Counted from the first letter of the stretch, positions 38,995-48,953 are shown. The stretch: DNA of 64,000 bases from Bacteroidota bacterium (GCA_039795345.1 JBDKEH010000022.1:24992-88991), one strand, 5' to 3'. Program-made: numbers and translations. The notes: generated from the sequence alone by a model not told the origin.

Positions 38995-39840
38995 ATGTGG
39001 CCTGAACAAAAACAAATAAGAATTGCGGTACTGGATCTGTATGAAGGTCAGGCCAATCAAGGTATGCGTTGTATCAAGGAGATCATACATCACTGGGCTA
39101 CGGACAAAGGATTTGATCTTTGGTATGAAGAGTTTGATGTAAGACAACACCTCTCCGTACCCGACACTTCTTTCGATATTTACATTTCAAGCGGCGGTCC
39201 GGGTTCACCATTGGAAACGGAAGGATCTGCATGGGAAGCAGCATATTTTGGTTGGTTGGAAAGCATTGAAACTTTCAATAAAAATGCCGGTGATGCTTAC
39301 AAGAAAAATGTTTTTTTCATCTGCCATAGCTTTCAATTGATTTGCAGGCATTACGGCATAGGGAATGTTTGTAAAAGAAAATCTACAGCCTTTGGTGTAT
39401 TTCCGGTTCATATGTTAGACCAAGGCACTGCAGAACCTGTTTTTGATGGATTAAGAGACCCTTTCTATTGCGTGGATAGCCGCGATTATCAAGTGATAGA
39501 ACCGGATATCCATAAACTCACTGCCATGGGCGCATCTATATTGGCCATCGAAAAAAACAGGCCGCATGTACCCTATGAACGCGCTGTGATGGCCATCCGA
39601 TTCAATGATCACTTTATTGGTACACAGTTTCATCCTGAAGCTGACGCCGTAGGTATGCATATGTACTTGATGAGGGAGGATAAAAAGAAAACGGTCATTG
39701 AGAACCATGGGGAAGCTAAATGGCAAAGCATGGTGGAACAATTACAAGACCCGGAGAAGATATTATTCACTTACCAGACCATTCTACCTAACTTTCTCAA
39801 TGCGTCTGTGCAAGAAGCTAGTTTTTCACAACAAGGTTAA
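38995..39840 (+). CDS. Class-I glutamine amidotransferase-fold protein
   Basis: Nucleophile elbow FFICHSFQL and GTQFHPE (His-Glu of the triad). 281 aa with a C-terminal extension. Confidence 0.7.
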   Translation: MWPEQKQIRIAVLDLYEGQANQGMRCIKEIIHHWATDKGFDLWYEEFDVRQHLSVPDTSFDIYISSGGPGSPLETEGSAWEAAYFGWLESIETFNKNAGDAYKKNVFFICHSFQLICRHYGIGNVCKRKSTAFGVFPVHMLDQGTAEPVFDGLRDPFYCVDSRDYQVIEPDIHKLTAMGASILAIEKNRPHVPYERAVMAIRFNDHFIGTQFHPEADAVGMHMYLMREDKKKTVIENHGEAKWQSMVEQLQDPEKILFTYQTILPNFLNASVQEASFSQQG

Positions 39841-39856
39841 ATTAAGGGTTACAGGC

Positions 39857-39889
39857 TTGATACATTTTCAGGTATCAAAAGGTTTTTTT
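39857..39889 (+). terminator. Weak hairpin plus T-run between the GATase and ATP-grasp-like genes
   Basis: TTGATAC-(8 nt)-GTATCAA, then AAGG and seven T. The stem is short and AT-rich. Confidence 0.3.
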
Positions 39890-39915
39890 ACTTTCAAAGA
39901 CCTAATACCAATGTT

Positions 39916-41115
39916 ATGGTCAATTCAATCAGACAGGCATTCAATCAGCAGTTTACCCAATCTAAATACCAAGCTTATTTAGATGAACTGAATCATAAAT
40001 TTCCCGGAGCGATTGAATTTAGAGTGGCAGAAACACCTGTATTCATTGATCGAGATTTTAAAGAAAAAATACTCTCCGCTTGTGAACATATTGTAGATGT
40101 GATCACACAATTCAATTTTAAAACACTTACCTCACATGCTATTCCTACAAATGTGAGAGTACCTGAAGAAAATGAACACACACATTTCATTGCCTTTGAT
40201 TTTGGTGTGTGTATCAATGAATCAGGAGAATATGAACCTCAACTTATTGAGATGCAGGGATTCCCTACACTTTTTGGGTATCAAGTTTGGCAAGACGATG
40301 TAACAAGAAAACATTTTGATGTTCCTAAAGGTTATAGCACCTATTTGAATGGATTTGATCGCAACAGCTATTTATCTCTTTTGAAGGAGATCATTCTTGG
40401 CAGATACCAACCTGAAAATGTGATATTGTTGGAATTATTACCGCATCAACAAAAAACAAAAATCGATTTTTATTGTACCAGTGAATACACCGGTATCCCC
40501 ATTGTTTGCCTTACCGAGTTACTGAAAGAAGGAAATCAACTTTTTTATTTAGATGCTTCGGGTAAAAAAATCAAAGTGCACAGAATCTATAATCGTATCA
40601 TTTTTGACGACCTACAACAACAGTCAGAAGAGATACGTGAGAAGGGAAAAATAATGCTAGAGGATTTGGATGTAGAATGGGTGCCTCATCCCAATTGGTT
40701 TTATCGCATTAGCAAGTATACACTGCCTTTTATTGATCATCCTTATGTACCTAAAACAGTTTTTCTGAGTGAACTAAAAGAAACTCCGAAAGACCTTGAT
40801 CAATATGTGCTGAAACCTTTGTTCTCATTTGCCGGACAAGGTGTCGTTATCGATATAACACAAGCCGATATTGATAACATTACAGATCCTGAAAACTGGA
40901 TACTACAGAAAAAAGTACAATATGCAGATGTGATTCAAACACCGGATATTCCTGCTAAGGTGGAGATACGAATTTTTTACTTTTGGAAAGAAGGTGAAAG
41001 CAGACCTATTGCTACGAATAATCTCGCCCGTTTAAGTAAGGGTAAAATGATCGGTGTTCGTTACAACAAAGACAAAGAATGGGTTGGTGGCAGCTTGGCG
41101 TATTTCGAGCAATAA
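39916..41115 (+). CDS. ATP-grasp-like amide ligase, remotely glutathionylspermidine-synthetase (YgiC/YjfC)-like
   Basis: By eye, PQLIEMQGFPTLFGYQ parallels LLENNADTPTSLYE of E. coli YgiC, and QYVLKPLFSFAGQGVVIDI parallels KYVVKPIFSREGANVSII. Confidence 0.45.
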   Translation: MVNSIRQAFNQQFTQSKYQAYLDELNHKFPGAIEFRVAETPVFIDRDFKEKILSACEHIVDVITQFNFKTLTSHAIPTNVRVPEENEHTHFIAFDFGVCINESGEYEPQLIEMQGFPTLFGYQVWQDDVTRKHFDVPKGYSTYLNGFDRNSYLSLLKEIILGRYQPENVILLELLPHQQKTKIDFYCTSEYTGIPIVCLTELLKEGNQLFYLDASGKKIKVHRIYNRIIFDDLQQQSEEIREKGKIMLEDLDVEWVPHPNWFYRISKYTLPFIDHPYVPKTVFLSELKETPKDLDQYVLKPLFSFAGQGVVIDITQADIDNITDPENWILQKKVQYADVIQTPDIPAKVEIRIFYFWKEGESRPIATNNLARLSKGKMIGVRYNKDKEWVGGSLAYFEQ

Positions 41116-41117
41116 AA

Positions 41118-42707
41118 TTATTTGTGTTTGCTAAGCAGGTATTTATCATGGATAACTGCACTCATGGTTTTTCCATATACCTTACTCTCCACCCATGAAA
41201 TCACATCCAGATAGGCAAAAGACCTCGTTTCAAAACGACTCTTTTCATATTTTTTGATCTTATCCAAGAATAAACGAAGTTCTGTTTTCACTTGCTTGGC
41301 AGGAATATGAAAAGAGTGTCTAAGAAAACGGAACATTTCTTCTTCAACAATCGTGAGATTATCCATTTTCGCCATGAAACGGTAAACAGATTTGATCAAA
41401 GAAGTTTCGATCAATTCTGCATTACCTAATTCATAATGAGCGATCAAGTGTAACAATCGAGCATAGCACTGCAGGTCATTTCTGAGGTCTACATGATCAT
41501 TGATGATTCTTCTTAAATAATCAATGCATGTATTGTAATCACCACTACCAAAATAAAGAGAAGCTATTTTATAATTGAATACTAGTATTCGATGTTGATC
41601 TATATACAATGCGTTATCTGATAACTGTTTCTCTAAATCAGGAACCAATGCTAAACCTTGCTGAAATGTGCCCTGCATCAAGTGTTGGTTCAATTTAGCG
41701 CTGTGGATATAAACAAAGCTATGTACCCTGAAGATATCATGCTTATTCGCGATATCCCCTTCTGAAAATTGTTCAAACTTCTTGAGTATCTGCTTGAATT
41801 CTTTAAAATTCCTGAGATCAAAATGAGCATTGAGTAAATTATGCAATCCTTTAATGTAATGTCCGGTCTCCACTTCAACCATAAAAGACTCCTTCTCAAA
41901 AAGATCCAACCATTTGCGACTATAACGATAGTACATGAGAAAATCCTGTCTGATAAAAGCATACCAACAATAACTTTGATAGAGATACAGTCTTTCATAA
42001 AACCCCATCAGCATATCTGCATCCTTAGGCAGCTGGCTTTTAAAGAAATCTTTGATCCCTTTTTCATCAGCTTCGTTTCTTGCATGCCCATTTTTCACAT
42101 ACCAGCTATACAACTGTAATGCCAGATTGGACAATTGTGTGATGATCCTTCTTTTCTCATTGACAATATTGGCTTCTGCAGTTAACTGCTCTGCCCTGTC
42201 TTGCATACTTCTGGTGATATGCAAAGTCTCTATCTTTTTTTCCAGCGAAATGATCTGTATCAAAAAACTATCCTGATGATATTGATGTGCCAACTCTTTT
42301 GCACGGTCTAATATTTTAAGACTCTGATGGTATAAACCTTTATTGTAAAGAATACGTGCATAATCGATCTGCTCATGCAATTGCATGTCAACACTATCAT
42401 TACTTTTTAATAGCCTTAAACTGGAAAGTAGTTGCCGATAAAGATGATTTTTCAGATTGGCGAGCTGTGGTTTTTCGATACCGGGAATCTTTTTTAGCAG
42501 GTTCTTCTCATCAAAATCAGGCATCTTCTCTAACGCGTCAAATAGTTGTATGACCTTGAGATCATCTTTAGCAGAATTCCTTTTGATATATAGCTTAAAA
42601 TGTCTTTTTTCCGCTTTTTGAAGCGATTTGATCAACTGAAATAATGGGTCTTGCGAGCGGTTGGGCATCATATCATTTTTAACCAGAAAACCAATAAAAT
42701 CAAGCAC
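41118..42707 (-). CDS. Large all-helical (TPR-like) hypothetical protein
   Basis: 529-aa ORF (the start may be MMPNRS at 42671). Helical-repeat composition and no catalytic motif recognised. Confidence 0.6.
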   Translation of the reverse strand: MLDFIGFLVKNDMMPNRSQDPLFQLIKSLQKAEKRHFKLYIKRNSAKDDLKVIQLFDALEKMPDFDEKNLLKKIPGIEKPQLANLKNHLYRQLLSSLRLLKSNDSVDMQLHEQIDYARILYNKGLYHQSLKILDRAKELAHQYHQDSFLIQIISLEKKIETLHITRSMQDRAEQLTAEANIVNEKRRIITQLSNLALQLYSWYVKNGHARNEADEKGIKDFFKSQLPKDADMLMGFYERLYLYQSYCWYAFIRQDFLMYYRYSRKWLDLFEKESFMVEVETGHYIKGLHNLLNAHFDLRNFKEFKQILKKFEQFSEGDIANKHDIFRVHSFVYIHSAKLNQHLMQGTFQQGLALVPDLEKQLSDNALYIDQHRILVFNYKIASLYFGSGDYNTCIDYLRRIINDHVDLRNDLQCYARLLHLIAHYELGNAELIETSLIKSVYRFMAKMDNLTIVEEEMFRFLRHSFHIPAKQVKTELRLFLDKIKKYEKSRFETRSFAYLDVISWVESKVYGKTMSAVIHDKYLLSKHK

Positions 42708-42912
42708 TTCAGACAGTCCATGTCTTTTTAAAGATAAAAAAGAGCCAATAAACTTGTCTTCCTATCTCTATAACAGCATTGTATCTTCGGATGGAAGATA
42801 TTCTTCATACAGCAAGACAATCGAAGAGTAACAAACAATCGTAATTAACGCAGTTGCGTTCAAGATATTGGGATAATCCCAAAAGAATTTTCGTATGGCA
42901 AGCAATCGTAGA

Positions 42913-42946
42913 GGTCGTTCCGTTTCCACGGAGGGACCCTTTTTTT
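42913..42946 (+). terminator. Orphan plus-strand intrinsic terminator with no plus-strand gene upstream
   Basis: GGTCGTTCCGT-TTCC-ACGGAGGGACC (11-bp stem, one mismatch and one G-U) followed by C and seven T. Confidence 0.65.
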
Positions 42947-42974
42947 GCAATATACTACAATCAAATCATATACA

Positions 42975-43655
42975 TTACGCCCCGATACGCTCTTTTGCCC
43001 AATTCAATGCCACTTTTAATTGTTCTTCTCGGGTAAGGTCACTGTTATCCAATATGACAGCATCAGACGCTTGTCTAAGCGGACTAAACTCTCTGTTACT
43101 ATCAATGTAATCTCTCATTTCCAGATTACGCTTTACTTCCTCAATGGTGATGGAAGGATTTTTCTCAAACAATTCCTTGAATCTTCTTTCTACTCTTACA
43201 GCCGGATCAGCAGTTACAAATATTTTAAGTTCAGCATCCGGGAAAACGGTAGTCCCAATATCTCGACCATCCATGACAATCCCTTTCTTCTTTCCCATCA
43301 GCTGTTGTTGCGCCACACCAAATTCACGAACTTCTTTTAAGGCCGCTACTTCGCTTACATGCTCACTTACCACCATTTCCCTGATCAATGATTCTACATT
43401 CTCATCATTTAAATACATATCACTTTGTCCGGTTACAGGATTGTACTCAAATGATAATGAGATTTCAGATAATGCTTTACTTACTTTTTGGGTATCCGCA
43501 TAATCAATATGCTGCCTAAGAAAGTACAATGTAATCGCACGATACATAGCTCCACTGTCTATGAATACATAATTGAGTTCCTGGGCCAGTTGTCTTGCCA
43601 AGGTACTCTTGCCACAGGATGAGTAACCGTCTAATGTGATGATGATCTTCTTCAT
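42975..43655 (-). CDS. cmk: (d)CMP kinase
   Basis: Start moved to MKKIIITLDGYSSCGKST (P-loop; ATG complement at 43653-43655). IDSGAMYR motif. Confidence 0.9.
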   Translation of the reverse strand: MKKIIITLDGYSSCGKSTLARQLAQELNYVFIDSGAMYRAITLYFLRQHIDYADTQKVSKALSEISLSFEYNPVTGQSDMYLNDENVESLIREMVVSEHVSEVAALKEVREFGVAQQQLMGKKKGIVMDGRDIGTTVFPDAELKIFVTADPAVRVERRFKELFEKNPSITIEEVKRNLEMRDYIDSNREFSPLRQASDAVILDNSDLTREEQLKVALNWAKERIGA

Positions 43656-43708
43656 GTAAACTTGTCTGTGGCAAAGTTGCAGTAAAAAACATCGATTTAC
43701 AAGAACTA

Positions 43709-43736
43709 AAAAAGCCGGCCTTGGGCCGGCTTTTTT
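43709..43736 (-). terminator. Intrinsic terminator downstream of the fasciclin gene
   Basis: AAAAAAGCCGGCC-TTG-GGCCGGCTTTTTT. Confidence 0.8.
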
Positions 43737-43752
43737 GCTCACATTTTCGAAT

Positions 43753-44298
43753 TTATCCTGGCAACACCACGCTATCGATAACATGGATCACCCCATTACT
43801 TTGATAAACATTACTGATGGTTACTACAGAACTAGCTCCTTTTTCATCGGTTAGCACGAGTTTTTTTCCCTTCATGGAAGCTTTCAACGTACCGCCTGAA
43901 ACTGTTTTTAAAACTGCAGTACCTTTTCCTTCCTTGATCAACGCTGCAATGGCTGCTGCATCATACTTTCCTGCAATGACATGGTAAGTAAGGATCTTGG
44001 TCAGCGTAGCTTTGTTCTCGGGTTTAACCAAGGTTTCTACTGTTCCTGCGGGTAATTTTTCAAACGCTGCATTGGTAGGTGCAAATACGGTAAATGGACC
44101 TGCGCTTTGTAAGGTTTCTACTAACCCTGCAGCTTTTACAGCAGCAACAAGTGTGGTATGTTCTTTAGAATTCACCGCATTTTCAACAATGTTTTTTGAA
44201 GGATACATCGGAGCACCTCCCACTTCTACGGTTTTTTCCTGAGCAATTGTCATTTGTGCACTCAATACTGCACAGAAAATAAGAAGAAACTTTTTCAT
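43753..44298 (-). CDS. Fasciclin (FAS1) domain protein, secreted
   Basis: Signal peptide, FTVFAPTNAAFEKLP and VIHVIDSVVLP motifs. Confidence 0.9.
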   Translation of the reverse strand: MKKFLLIFCAVLSAQMTIAQEKTVEVGGAPMYPSKNIVENAVNSKEHTTLVAAVKAAGLVETLQSAGPFTVFAPTNAAFEKLPAGTVETLVKPENKATLTKILTYHVIAGKYDAAAIAALIKEGKGTAVLKTVSGGTLKASMKGKKLVLTDEKGASSVVTISNVYQSNGVIHVIDSVVLPG

Positions 44299-44425
44299 AC
44301 TGATTTTATTTTATCATTGATTGGTTGACGAATGATATACGTGATCAGTATAAAAAAAGATTGATGGAAAAATAAGTTTTTACATCTTATTGCTTGATCA
44401 ATGAGATCGAAGAAGATAAATGTTT

Positions 44426-45316
44426 CTAAAAAAGATCCGGGTAGTCTGTGATGATACCATCAACCCCCAATGCTCGTAACTGCTGAATCTTTGCCCGATC
44501 ATTGACCGTCCAGGGAATCAATTTGATACCCATGTCTCTACATTGTTTAACCAAGAGTGGTGTTACCAAGGAAAAATAAGGGCTATATATGGTGGGTACA
44601 AAACCCAGCTCTTTTAACTGCAATGCAAAACTTTGAGGATGATCCCCTTCAATTAAAAGCGCCGTTTTGATAGTTGGATATTTCTGATGCAGGTATTGAA
44701 GTGTTCGAATATCAAAAGACTGAATAGTGACCCTTTCACCTATTTGCTTTTGATGGATCACATCCATGATCAGATCAACAAATACCGAAGGTGCCGGGTG
44801 ATAAATACCATCTGTTACTGCCTGCGACTTTGTTTCAATATTAAAAGCAGGTAATGGCTTCTTGTTTTGTGTACAATAAGCTTCAACAGCATCGATCACC
44901 TCTGACAAGAGTGGTTTGTATGCTGCTATTTTCTGTTGCCGAGGAAAGCGTGAAAAAGGTTTGAGTCCAACATCATAGCTACGAACAGTAGCATAATCCA
45001 TCTGATAAATATTCAGTTTCTTTTCTTCTTCTTGGCTAACAGAACTACCATCGGGTTTTGTAGTAATATCATGACTAAAAAATGGCTCATGACTTAACAC
45101 TACTTTGTTATCTGCAGTGATTACGACATCTGTTTCCAGGGTGGTAACACCGAGATCAATGGCTTTGAGCATTGCTGGAATGGTATTCTCAGGCATGAGC
45201 CCCCTGCAACCTCGATGTCCTTGTTTATCGAAAGATGTTGGTATTGTTTGATTGTTTTTAATAGTAGAACAGGAAAGAAAAAAAATACTCCATATCAAGA
45301 TCCGAACTTTACTCAT
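44426..45316 (-). CDS. Glycerophosphodiester phosphodiesterase family protein
   Basis: GHRGCRGL.PENT and LETDV motifs, with a lipoprotein-type signal. Confidence 0.85.
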   Translation of the reverse strand: MSKVRILIWSIFFLSCSTIKNNQTIPTSFDKQGHRGCRGLMPENTIPAMLKAIDLGVTTLETDVVITADNKVVLSHEPFFSHDITTKPDGSSVSQEEEKKLNIYQMDYATVRSYDVGLKPFSRFPRQQKIAAYKPLLSEVIDAVEAYCTQNKKPLPAFNIETKSQAVTDGIYHPAPSVFVDLIMDVIHQKQIGERVTIQSFDIRTLQYLHQKYPTIKTALLIEGDHPQSFALQLKELGFVPTIYSPYFSLVTPLLVKQCRDMGIKLIPWTVNDRAKIQQLRALGVDGIITDYPDLF

Positions 45317-45944
45317 TTGTAAAGAATTGTCGTTTACGTTTACTCATTTCTTCTGCAACAGCCTTTTCTTCCCAATTACCTGAACTGAGCTGAGATACAA
45401 TATTATCAAAACTTTTCTCATCCCTGTTCTGACTTAACTTAAAAACAGCATCTGTTTGCAATAATTTAATCTCAAATGCAACGATAGCCTTCGATAAGCG
45501 ATTGATATAGTCTTCAGGAAGTTCCTTGTATTGTGAAGGTGATGATGGATCTTGTTCAAAATAGGCTGTCAACTCTTCAAGCATTTCAGGTAAAGCATCA
45601 TCATGGAGTAAACGAATGGTACCTCTTGCATGCACTGTCATGTAATTCCATGTAGATGCCTGCTTTTTATTTTCATACCAGCTGGCGCTGATATAGGCAT
45701 GAGGGCCATTGAATAAAACAAGCACCTGCTCATTTTGTAAAAAGGCTTTGTGATGATCTGTCTGCTTCATGAAATGCCCTTGCAGATACACAGCGCCTTC
45801 TTTTTCTTTTAACAAGACCGGGATCTGAGTAGCAACCGGTGAATGATCTGCTGAAACACCAATTAAAGTGGCAAAAGGATGTGCTTTAATAAAAGCAATG
45901 ATCTCTTCTTTATTTTTTTCCTGAAAACCGGGAAGATGGTACAT
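45309..45944 (-). CDS. paiB: FMN-binding negative transcriptional regulator (PaiB family)
   Basis: Start moved to MYHLPGFQEKN. FATLI, HFMKQTDH and AVFKLSQNR blocks of the PaiB family. Confidence 0.75.
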   Translation of the reverse strand: MYHLPGFQEKNKEEIIAFIKAHPFATLIGVSADHSPVATQIPVLLKEKEGAVYLQGHFMKQTDHHKAFLQNEQVLVLFNGPHAYISASWYENKKQASTWNYMTVHARGTIRLLHDDALPEMLEELTAYFEQDPSSPSQYKELPEDYINRLSKAIVAFEIKLLQTDAVFKLSQNRDEKSFDNIVSQLSSGNWEEKAVAEEMSKRKRQFFTNE

Positions 45945-46031
45945 GTTGAGGGTCTGATTTAGATGTCTTACAAAGCTATTCAATCATCACTTTCAGCATG
46001 TACCATTCATACCAATATAAGAATGTTGTCG

Positions 46032-47129
46032 TTATGGGGTGACCTGTACAGTTTGTGTTTTGGGAACACTTGCGTTTCTAATGGCGATATTTCTTACCGC
46101 ATTACCCGCAAACTGACGAAGTGCATGTTTACTGATTTCTTCATTACCGGCCATGGCAGGTATTCCAGCATCGCCACCCTCTCTGATTTCTTGCACCAAA
46201 GGAATCTGTCCAAGGAAAGGCAAATCATATTCTTCAGCAAGGTTTTTACCTCCATCCTTACCAAACAGATAGTATTTGTTTTGAGGCAATTCTGCAGGAG
46301 TAAAATAAGCCATATTCTCCACAAGTCCGATGATCGGCACATTGATCTGTGCTTGTCCAAACATGGCAATTCCCTTTTTAGCATCTGCTAATGCAACATT
46401 CTGAGGTGTGGTTACAATGATGACACCTGTTACAGGCACTGTTTGCATTAATGTAAGATGGATATCACCTGTTCCCGGAGGCATATCTATCACCAAGTAA
46501 TCAAGCTCACCCCAATCAACATCCGTTACAAACTGACGGATAGCACTACTAGCCATTGGACCACGCCATACAACAGCATTTTTTTCATCGACCAATAATC
46601 CAATACTCATCAGTTTAATGCCATATTTCTCTAAAGGAATGATCATCCCCTTTCCATTCACATCTTTCATCATTGGGCGTTCTCCACGAACACCAAACAT
46701 GATGGGTACACTAGGACCATAGATATCTGCATCCATCAATCCAACAGAAGCACCCCCTTCCGCCAATGCAAGGGCAAGATTTGCAGACACTGTACTTTTA
46801 CCAACGCCACCTTTACCACTTACTACTGCAATGATATTTTTAACACCCGATAATACTTGTTGATTATCTTTTCGAGTAGACGAAGTATTCGAAGTAAAAT
46901 TGACGGTTATTTTAGCCTCTTTGTCTACTAACAATTTGATTGCATTTTCACTGGCTGTTCTCATCATATCCTTCATCGGACAAGCAGGAGTAGTAAGTAT
47001 GATGGTAAAACTCACCTCTTTGTCTTTGATCTTGATATCTTTTATCATGTTCAATGTCACTAGATCTTTTCCCAGATCAGGTTCCTGAACATTACTCAGT
47101 GCACTCAATATTGCAGCTTCTGTCATCAC
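46032..47129 (-). CDS. apbC: Mrp/NBP35-family iron-sulfur cluster carrier ATPase
   Basis: N-terminal MIP18/DUF59-like domain, deviant Walker A SGKGGVGKST and DMPPGTGD. Confidence 0.9.
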   Translation of the reverse strand: MMTEAAILSALSNVQEPDLGKDLVTLNMIKDIKIKDKEVSFTIILTTPACPMKDMMRTASENAIKLLVDKEAKITVNFTSNTSSTRKDNQQVLSGVKNIIAVVSGKGGVGKSTVSANLALALAEGGASVGLMDADIYGPSVPIMFGVRGERPMMKDVNGKGMIIPLEKYGIKLMSIGLLVDEKNAVVWRGPMASSAIRQFVTDVDWGELDYLVIDMPPGTGDIHLTLMQTVPVTGVIIVTTPQNVALADAKKGIAMFGQAQINVPIIGLVENMAYFTPAELPQNKYYLFGKDGGKNLAEEYDLPFLGQIPLVQEIREGGDAGIPAMAGNEEISKHALRQFAGNAVRNIAIRNASVPKTQTVQVTP

Positions 47130-47269
47130 GCAAGTTTTTGTTAAAAAATCAATTTGGCTGCAAAGTTAACCGCTCGCAACCTTACTTTGTTAGAATTCAG
47201 GGTTGTTTTCAACAATCTGCAAGGCGGGTTGTTGTCGATTTTGGGAAAACCATTTGTATTTTTACCGAG

Positions 47270-47917
47270 ATGAAAATATTTCTACGATTTTTTATAGTTA
47301 TTACCATCATTTGTCTGGGCTCTATCAAGGCCTTGTCTCAGCGAAATGAGTACCGCGATTCTGTGGTACAGCTATATGGCGTGGTAATGACAGCGGATAG
47401 TCTCAGAGCGATTCCATCTGCCAGTATTATTGTAGAAGGGAAAGGCAGGGGTACCATCACCAATCCGGACGGGGTTTTTTCCATCGCCGTACTAAAGGGA
47501 GATCGTATTACATTTTCTTGTATTGGATTCAAAAACAGAAGTATTGAAATTCCGCTTGACTTAACAGATAATCAATACAGTGTAATCCAATTATTGGTAA
47601 GTGATACTGCCTATCTACCGGCAACGATCTTAAAACCAAGACCTACCAGAGAGCAATTTGAGCGTGATTTTGTCAATCTGAAGATCGCAGATGATGCTTA
47701 TGAGATCGCTCGAAAAAATACAGATGAAGCTCAACGACGTATTCTAATCAACAGTTTACCTGCCGACGGAAGAGAAGCCATTAATTATCAGTTAAGACAA
47801 CAAGCCAATAAATATTACTATTCGGGACAATTACCTCCGATGAATATTCTCAATCCGGCTGCTTGGGCAGACTTTATCAAGGCTTGGAAAAGAGGAGATT
47901 TTAAACGTAAGGACTGA
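47270..47917 (+). CDS. Carboxypeptidase-regulatory-like domain protein, secreted
   Basis: Start moved to MKIFLRFFIVITIICLGSIKALSQ. YGVVMTADSLRAIPSASIIVEGKGRGTITNPDGVFSI matches the CarboxypepD_reg pattern. Confidence 0.7.
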   Translation: MKIFLRFFIVITIICLGSIKALSQRNEYRDSVVQLYGVVMTADSLRAIPSASIIVEGKGRGTITNPDGVFSIAVLKGDRITFSCIGFKNRSIEIPLDLTDNQYSVIQLLVSDTAYLPATILKPRPTREQFERDFVNLKIADDAYEIARKNTDEAQRRILINSLPADGREAINYQLRQQANKYYYSGQLPPMNILNPAAWADFIKAWKRGDFKRKD

Positions 47918-47976
47918 TATTTCAGCTTTATTCATTGTTTTTTCAACAGTTTTTCTTCTGTTAAGGGCTTCGGCTT

Positions 47977-47984
47977 TACTTTTG
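47977..47984 (+). promoter_or_regulatory. Bacteroidota -7 box (TACTTTTG) upstream of hbd
   Basis: Exact TAnnTTTG match 23 nt before the ATG at 48007. Confidence 0.4.
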
Positions 47985-48006
47985 CGCATACTTAAAACGA
48001 TTGATT

Positions 48007-48903
48007 ATGCCAGTTACAAATGTTAGTGTGATCGGTGCCGGAACCATGGGTAATGGAATTGCACACGTATTTGCTCAAAATGGATTTTCTGTTCAGCTGA
48101 TTGATGTGAATGCGGCTCAACTGGAAAAAGCTTTACAAACCATTTCAAAGAATCTCGATCGTCAAATCGCTAAAGGAACTTTGACCGAGGAACAAAAGAC
48201 TGCTACGTTATCAAATCTTCAAACTGTAACAGATTTGAAAAAAGGAGTTTCACAAGCTGATCTGGTAGTAGAAGCTGCTACCGAGAATGTGGAATTAAAA
48301 CTGAATATTTTCAAAATGATCGATGAAGCAGCTCCTGCAAATGCTATTCTTGCATCTAATACTTCATCGATCTCCATCACTAAAATAGCTTCAGTAACCA
48401 AGCGTCCGGAAAAGGTAATTGGTATGCATTTTATGAATCCGGTGCCGGTTATGAAACTGGTAGAGATCATTAATGGATATGCTACCACAGCAGATATTAC
48501 AAATACCATTGTGGAACTGAGTAAAACATTAGGTAAGGTTCCTTGTGTTGTAAATGATTATCCCGGCTTCATTGCAAACAAAATTTTAATGCCTATGATC
48601 AATGAAGCCATCTGCAGTTTGTATGAAGGTATTGCGGATGTGGAAGCAATTGATACCATCATGAAATTGGGAATGGCCCATCCGATGGGGCCTTTACAGT
48701 TAGCTGATTTCATTGGATTGGATGTGTGCTTAAGTATTCTTCAGGTGCTTCATGAAGGGTTCGGGAATCCAAAATATGCACCTTGTCCCCTTTTAGTGAA
48801 TATGGTGACAGCAGGTAAATTGGGTGTTAAATCCGGAGAAGGGTTTTACAAATACACAGCAGGAAGCAAAGAATTAATAGTTAGTGATCGATTTAAAAAA
48901 TAA
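48007..48903 (+). CDS. hbd: 3-hydroxybutyryl-CoA / 3-hydroxyacyl-CoA dehydrogenase
   Basis: VIGAGTMGNGIA Rossmann motif and NTSS and HFMNP blocks. Confidence 0.9.
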   Translation: MPVTNVSVIGAGTMGNGIAHVFAQNGFSVQLIDVNAAQLEKALQTISKNLDRQIAKGTLTEEQKTATLSNLQTVTDLKKGVSQADLVVEAATENVELKLNIFKMIDEAAPANAILASNTSSISITKIASVTKRPEKVIGMHFMNPVPVMKLVEIINGYATTADITNTIVELSKTLGKVPCVVNDYPGFIANKILMPMINEAICSLYEGIADVEAIDTIMKLGMAHPMGPLQLADFIGLDVCLSILQVLHEGFGNPKYAPCPLLVNMVTAGKLGVKSGEGFYKYTAGSKELIVSDRFKK

Positions 48904-48912
48904 ATAAATAAA

Positions 48913-48945
48913 AACCGATTGAAATACTTCAATCGGTTTTTTTAA
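48913..48945 (+). terminator. Intrinsic terminator after hbd
   Basis: AACCGATTGAA-ATAC-TTCAATCGGTT followed by a T-run. Confidence 0.8.
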
Positions 48946-48953
48946 TATTGATC

